A stretch of DNA of 58,677 nt, filler included, from Jimgerdemannia flammicorona (Eukaryota): NCBI GenBank assembly GCA_003990765.1. It is 3 parts of 3 records of this genome, joined end to end, with 100 filler letters (N's around TTAATTAATTAA, not from the genome) between each part and the next. Parts side by side here need not be neighbours in the genome. Positions count along the whole stretch, not along the records: positions 39,191 to 58,677 come from RBNJ01001929.1; 2 more parts are not named here. One strand, given 5' to 3'. The notes under the pieces are model-generated. The model ran no database searches. It was not told the DNA's origin and was given only the letters and a program-made list of their open reading frames with translations. This document shows positions 51,900 to 58,677 of this stretch, in pieces. Numbering within the stretch: the stretch's first letter is position 1; each line of letters opens with the position of its first letter. Both the position numbers and the translations under genes were made by a program.

Positions 51900-52670
51900 C
51901 AGTGAGATTGGCAGTGGTGGTGGAGGGAGCATACAATGTTTGTGGCCCTTTACCAGCAGCAAGGGGCAGCCCCAAGCTGTCAGTGCCCAGGTCAGTGGGT
52001 GGGTTGGTGGAGAGAGTGCACAAAATTTGTGACCCTCTGCCAGCAGCAAGGGGCAGCCCCAAGCTGCAAGTGTCCCAGTCAGGGGGGTTGGTGGAGAGTG
52101 CATGCAAAACTTGTGGTCCTCTGCCAGCAGCAAGAGGCAGTCCCAAGCTATCAGTGCCCAGGTCAGTGGGTGGAGTTGGTCAGCAGGATTGGTGGGTGTG
52201 GGGTCGGCAGAGGGAGCATGCAAAATTTACAGCCCTCTGCTGGCAGCAAGGCGCAGCCCCAAGCCACAAGTGTCCAGGATGGGCAGAGCAGGTGGAGGGA
52301 GTGCACAAAATTTGTGGCCCTCTGCCAGCAGCAAGGGGCAGCCCCAAGCTATCAGCACCCAGGTTAGTGGGTAGGGTCAGTTGGCAGGATTGGTGGGCAC
52401 AGGGTCAGTGAGGGAGTGTACAAAATTTGCAGCCCTCTGCTGGCAGCAAGGGGCAGCCCCAAGCTGCAAGTGTCCAGGATGGGTGGGGCAGGTGGAGGGA
52501 GCATGCAAAATTTGCAGCCCTCCACCAGCGGTATAGGGGCAGCCCCAAGCTACCAAGAAGTCTGAGGTGGAGGGTGCTTCTAGTGGTCGGAGGGTGCTTC
52601 TGGTGATCAGAGGGTACTTCTGGCGGTCGAAGGGTGTTTCCAGCAGTCAGAGGATACTTCTGGCAGTTGA
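51900..52670. repeat. GC-rich tandem array inside the hAT element
   Basis: Seven copies of CCCTCTGCCAGCAGCAAGGGGCAGCCCCAAGC spaced ~85 or ~115 bp, then ~20-bp units GAGGGTGCTTCTGG. Confidence 0.85.
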
Positions 52671-52899
52671 AGTCCACCACAGATTCGGGCCCCATCACCA
52701 GTTCAGATCTCATGAGCACTCTGGCCCTGTGCTGTAGCACTGCACCAGTGGCACTATAGAGTAGGGCCAAGGGGCTGGTAGGGCCCTGCATAATGACTAA
52801 GCTAGTGCTACAGAAGAGGTACCTGGTCTAACCCCCCACATAAGACTGCCCAACCTATACAAAATAACTGCCTAACCCTCACAAAAGACTACCTATCCC

Positions 52900-55020
52900 T
52901 TGTAAAAGATTGCCTAACCCTCTCAAAAACTGCTCCACTTGCTGGTATCAGACCTTGATGAGCCTATCATCTGTTGTGAGTGTGATGACTATTACATCTA
53001 AGCTCTCCTTGAAGGTGACAGTGCCATGGTGATCATGTAGTTAAAAGAGGATAGCTGTGTTGACTGCAAATGGGACCCTGAAACTATAGGTGAGGTTGTA
53101 CCAGACTCCTCCGCTATTCTCCCAGATTGGACCCTTCCTTTCCGGGATATAAAACATTACCAGAGTGATATTGTTATCTGTGTGTGTAGGCAGAGAAACA
53201 TTGTGCCTGATGTATCCTGATGTGATATGAGCATACAGTTGGGTGAATCCTTGGCCCAGGACCTCACACTACTAGGCTGTACTGGTGGATACCTGCTCTT
53301 TGTCAAGCCCTGGGAGCCCCAGCTTGGAAATCTGCCAAAACAGATGGCAACTGGTCAGTTCTTTTTGCATGTGGGGGGGCAGAAACCCCCCAGGCTGCAG
53401 AAATCCCCTGGACCACAGAATCCCCCCAGGCTGCAGCACTCCAAAAAAGCAGAGCTTCTCATCTCATATGGCACACTAAATTGCACCAAGAATATACATA
53501 CAGCTGCACCGAGATCACCACCAAGCTGGTCTGCCATACACTCCACCAATCTACTCAAAGAACCCCAGATCATAGCTACTATTGCCACACAGGCCATGTT
53601 GTGCTTACATGCAGTTTGCTCTTCAACAGTACTTCTAAAGTTCTGGTAAGGGTACAGAATCTTGTGCATCTCTGGAATTGTATCAAAAAGAGTATATCAG
53701 TGAAGAGTGTGATTTATCTGGGGAGGAGAAAAAAAAAAAAGGGAGATGAGTGCAGGGGATTTCAGAACTCTGGAACCCACCCTTCACCAGTGTTGAAGTA
53801 TATCCAATTCCCATCCAAACCCCCCCTTCTTGCTTTTTTCACCCCCTCTTTCCTGCTACCCGGTATTTAATACAATTCTTGCAAATCTCATTAATATGAT
53901 AGTGAAGCTTGTCACCATAGAGGTTCCTTACCACCATTGTAACCACCTCTCTACATTTATTTATAAAAATATAGTTCTCTCCATTGTTGGTTACTCCTGC
54001 TGGCCAATGGACCCCTTGGTTGAGAATGATTGGCTCTGATTTGAATATAGACCCCCAAGTCTTGATGATAATACTGGTACTGCTCATGCTGAACATCTTG
54101 CTCTCGAATTTCTCTATCTGATCAGATGCTGGACGTGGTTGAACTCAGGTAACTTTGAACTCTCCTTTCCAATGGAACTGAGTCCTGATCTGAGGAACTG
54201 AGATAAGTGTGCAGATGGGTTGCATGCAGACAGGTTGCGTACAGATGAGTTGCATGTGGACAGATTGCATGCGGGCGAGTTGCATGTGGGTGGGTTGTAT
54301 GTAGGTGTGGGTGTTTTTTAGGGAGAGACCATGTAAAAAATGAAATTAAATAAAATATGGAGATGGGTATTTCAGAAAAAGAGCATGAGTGAGTGAGTGA
54401 GTGAGCTGTATACCAATAAGTTACATGCTAATGAGTTGCACAAGTTGCACAAGATTGCTCATGAAGACTTACTTCTGTTTCTTTTGAGACCTCTGCCATG
54501 CGATACATTGACTCAACAGCTTAGCCACCAAAGGCATGCTCTACAACATCCTCCAACCTTTCTTCATCTTGACCAGATGTTGTGAATAAAGTTGGCAGAT
54601 CTCACCATAGAGCTGTAGACCCTAAGAAGAGTACAAGGTGAATCAGGTCATGCCGGGGGAATTTAAATAAGTAAAAAGTAGCAGCAGAAAAGAGTAACCT
54701 ACATCTACTACTGGCTGCTCCAAAAAGGCTGCCATATACATAATTGTGAGATCTGTGAATTCTGAGGTCTGAAAGGCTACCATGAGTTGTTGCCAGAATT
54801 CACCCTTATCCCCACCATTGCCATCACTATTGCCATCACCATCACCACTGCCATCGCCCCTTTGGCTCTCAATGAGCAGCTTATATACTGCCCATATGAG
54901 AAAGAATCTAACATTGTCAGCAGAGAGTGCATTTCCACCTCAAATACTCTCTCTTTTGATGATCATTATAGGGTAAAAAATGAGTTGACTGGACCAATGT
55001 ATGAATTAAGGTGCTGTTTT
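52900..55020 (-). pseudogene. Putative intron-containing cargo gene within the hAT element, antisense to the transposase
   Basis: Coding-like minus-strand blocks (GDGSGDGDGNSDGNGGDKGEFWQQL; DEERLEDVVEHAFGG; ORF 53355..53669) separated by T-rich intron-like spacers; boundaries approximate. Confidence 0.4.
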
Positions 55021-56559
55021 GTTTGCTCATAATGTGGCAGGAAAGAACAAAGAAAAAGAACAAAGAAAAGAGAGGGAACAAAGAAAAGGATGATGTCACC
55101 AAAGATTTCAATCCAGATGGATCAATCCAGATGGATCAATCCAGATAGATCAATCTGGATAGATCAATCTGGATGGATCAATCTGAATCAATCCAGATCA
55201 ATCTGGATCAATCTGGATCAGATCACAAGACCAATTCGAGTTAATTTGAATTTATCACATGATGAACCTGAATCGAATCTCATCCGGATCAACTCCATTC
55301 ATTCAGAGCACTATATATCTAGTACTAACTATAGAGAACAGTATTATTAACTAAAATATCAAATAACTAATATAAAATAAATAATTTAATATACTCTCAA
55401 CTATAAAGAAATAAATATATAAGAGGAAAGAAAATTTTATAGAAAATATACTATTGCTTAATTACTTAAGTATTTATATAATTTTGGTCTAATAAAATCC
55501 ATTATAAGATAGTTACCAGAATTGTATATAGTATCAATAGTATAGTAGATTATCTCATAAAGAGTATGAAGAGAAAAGATATATAGTTCTTTCTATTACT
55601 CATTACTGATGAATTAGTTGAGTAGTTTTTAATTAGAATTATCTTAAAAAGTAGAATATGAACTATTAAGAAGACTATATATATATAAATAGTCTCAGTA
55701 AAACCAATCTCTATAAAGGTAGAGGTGGGGTTAGCCAAAGTAACTATAGTACTAGATGAGTGTAGATAGATAAGCTAAAAAGAGAAGATGGGAATATAAT
55801 TAGTTTTCTATAACTATAAGTAGTTATAGAGTATAATATACTAAATAAGAATCTGAAATAAGAAAGCTTATTTCTATAATAGCTAATCCTAAAGAAAGGA
55901 CTAAAGAATAGAGTGAAGTAAATATATCTTATATATATATCTAGAGACAAAAATCTCAGTATTAGTTAAGAAAGTCAAATTAATAGATTTAATACTAGAA
56001 CTTATTAATAATAAACCCAGGAGATATATGATGAAATATTTGCTAAAAGGATAAATAGAATTGTTGCCAGACTTATTACACTAGTCCAGATAGACTTAGT
56101 ATTATGAAGAGAGATTAATTATATTAAAGTTACATAAGTTATATATTTCACATATTATTGATGAATGATATAAAACTGATAGAATGATATATGGTATAAT
56201 ATTACATACTTATATATTGAGTTGCTATCTCAATACTCCTGCTTAATGAGATATATAATCAAAAAAGAAATACAAACTAGAGTAAAAAGTAATGCAATAT
56301 ATGCAAAAACTAAAACTATATAACTCAAATTATAACTATCTAGAGATATTTATAGATTGAAAAGTATTTCAAAATGTCTGAAATATTCAAAAAAAAAAAA
56401 AAAAAAAATTAAAAAAGTCTAAAAAATTAAAAAAAAAAAAAAAAAAAAACAATATATGTAATCTATATAATCCACTTATATATGAGATATATAACTAATA
56501 CAGATATGAATATAGTATAGTAAGCAAGGTTTTTTATAGTTTAAAAAGTATCCTGTGAT

Positions 56560-57725
56560 CAACTAAATACTAGTATACTATTTATAAGATCTATTTCTTT
56601 AATGTATTGCTTAAACTTTAACTTTAGAAGAGCTTTTGTAAATGAATCAGTAATTACATACTTTATGAGGATACATTCTAAGTATATAGTATTATTTTTT
56701 ATATATTCTTATATAAAATAATACTATATATTAATATATTTCATTTTACTATAATATACTAGATTCTAAGCAAGTGCAATTATAGACTAGTTATTCTGGT
56801 ATAGTATAATACTCTATTTTTGAATAAATCTAAATTCTTTTAATAGCTTATAAAGCCAAATAGCTTCTTTTATCATACTTGACAATACTTGATACTCTGT
56901 CTATATTGATGATATTGCTATAGATAATTGCTTATATGTTTACTATAAATGACAAACTCTTTTTTATCAATATAAAAGTGATATAGTTATAGATCAGTAA
57001 TTATTTAAATTATCTACTTAATTGACATCATATGTACTGGATAACTATATGATATTATTGTTATTGTTACTCTTACTCAATCTACTGAGAGTGAGTATAT
57101 AGTATACTATAGCCTTAAGATATCTAAAAATTCTTTTAATGATACTCTAATATAAATTATCATAGTAGAAAAAATACTATATCATCATATTTATAGTATA
57201 TAATATATCAGATTTTATTCCTAGTATGAGATATATAAAAGAACCAACCACTTGTCAATAGAGAATTTTTTATTATTATCTTTGATACTGTTTTTAGTAG
57301 GTATATTATTATTATCCTTAGATATAATGTCTAGCTTCCTTAACTTTATAGAAATATCCATAGGAGTATCAATAGCTTTATATTTACTTATATTGAAATT
57401 TTTGAGAATTGTTTGAGTATATATTATATATAGTACATATATTCCTATTATATATAATAGATATATTCAAAAGAAAGAATATATCATCTATGTCAGTTAT
57501 CTTAAATTCTCAATATAGAACTTCTTTAACTCTATTAAGCCTATTCTTACTAATAATAATAATGATGTCATTTACCCATATGTTAATAAATACTATACTA
57601 CTATTATTATAATATTAGACATATATAATTATCTACTTTATAATATATAATCTCTTATTTAGGAGATATTTATTGATCCTTTTATTCTATAGCTGTACTA
57701 CTTATTTGATACTATATAGTATAAT
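56560..57725 (-). pseudogene. pol: Heavily decayed Ty1/Copia RT-RNase H remnant
   Basis: Minus strand: YSIK*VVQL*N, WVND (YVDD position), IKSDII (TRPDI), KRIFRYLKA, KQLSIAISSI*TEY..KEAIWL, N*SIIALA*N, TDSFTKAL. Confidence 0.75.
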
Positions 57726-57739
57726 AATATCTTGGAAAC

Positions 57740-58354
57740 TGATGACATCAGAAGTCAAGAGACTGCTCAGACTCCATAAGTCTCTAGTTATAAATTATGA
57801 CTCAACTATGACTCATCTTGACTAGAAGATGATCTGTATCTGAACTCATTGTGACTTATAGTAATCTCAGTAGTATACTATTCTAAATCAGATGATCCTA
57901 CTCTCTGGACCAAAGAAGAAGACCCTTAGGATATAAAATAAGTATCAAAAGGAGCATAAGACATTATCTACAAATAAGAAACTTACCATAAAACAAAATA
58001 CCTTACTCATCAAACAGTAAGGTTAAGGAATTACTAAGGTCTATTAGTCTAATATCAGATATTCTCTAATATCAAAAGAGCTATAAGAATATATATAAGA
58101 AGGACTCCAAACTTGAATCTCTTTATAAGAGACCCATACCACTATACTCTCAACTACTGTGAAATAGAAATAAGAATCTCTACTGCTACTGAATATCTCT
58201 AGATATGGCAAGAATATGAGTTGAGATATTATCTCTATTAAGACTTCTTATAGACCAGCTTTTAAGAAATTACAGACACTATATGCCTGAATAGATATGA
58301 ATAGAAGTTAGCTAAGAGAGTCTATCAGATCTTCAGATACATACTCTGGGCCAT
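57740..58354 (+). pseudogene. Fragment of a family B relative: 3' region with accessory ORF
   Basis: IFSNIKRAI..RTP..IWQEYEL..KLAKRVYQIFRYILWAI aligns ungapped with ~7430-7726. Confidence 0.8.
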
Positions 58355-58677
58355 TAGTGCTCCGAACGAGTCAATCCGGATGGGATTCGAATCGGATTCG
58401 AATCGGATTCGAATCAACCATTGTTTTGATTTCCAAATTAGACAATTAAATGTTTACATCAATAACTTGATGAATAATCATCCAAATTTGATGATCTTGG
58501 TGTTATTTGAAAGCCCCTAATAAGGCCTTTCTAATGATACCAAGAACATTAAATCGGATTACATGTTGCCGAGATATTAAGGAAAACGTTCCATTTGACG
58601 AAATTTCCAAAATCGGCAAATCAAAGAATTTCCAAAATCGGCGATTCAGACGTTTTCCTTCATAACTCAGCAACGCA
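58355..58677 (+). mobile_element. Left end of a young hAT-family element (runs off the window end)
   Basis: TAGTGCTCCGAACGAGTCAATCCGG matches both termini of the 48735-55313 element with CpGs intact; (GGATTCGAATC)3 subterminal repeats. Confidence 0.8.

Larger units (their letters stand above)
48735..55313 (+). mobile_element. Complete hAT DNA transposon (6.58 kb), decayed
   Basis: Termini TAGTATTCCAAATG / CATTCAGAGCACTA; exact 8-bp TSD TATATCTA at 48727-48734 and 55314-55321; subterminal GAATC/GATC repeat arrays at both ends. Confidence 0.93.

Noticed and set aside
51900..52560. CRISPR-like look (palindromic repeat with spacers)
   Set aside because: Spacers are themselves repeated, no cas genes, and the context is a eukaryotic transposon
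51681..52791. Overlapping ORFs of 90-180 aa
   Set aside because: Products of the GC-rich tandem array
55314..56560. AT-rich ORFs and tracts here and at 47530-48734
   Set aside because: Too decayed to assign; probably an old element split by the hAT insertion

Overview
Eukaryotic, most likely fungal (Mucoromycota-like, inferred) repeat-dense DNA with two 100-bp scaffold gaps. About 90% is nested, mutationally decayed transposons: three Ty3/Gypsy LTR families (called A, B, C here), a fourth older chromoviral remnant, a Ty1/Copia remnant, several LINE fragments, a complete hAT transposon with an 8-bp TSD, other hAT remnants and a 9-bp minisatellite. One apparently intact 10-exon gene (43905-46648, about 593 aa, NLS plus PD-(D/E)xK-like motifs) sits in the main CpG-retaining island. 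Main observation: families A, B and C each carry (i) a dUTPase, (ii) an adjacent unrecognised ~45-aa Cys/His motif (W/F-Y-x-K/R-I-x-DGY-x-P-x2-RCPHG...C-x2-C) and (iii) a homologous 270-365-aa accessory ORF 3' of pol, which in family A lies inside a 2-kb LTR. A fourth homolog is at about 58.0-58.35 kb. All alignments were done by eye, reading through C>T/G>A-induced stops, and need computational confirmation.
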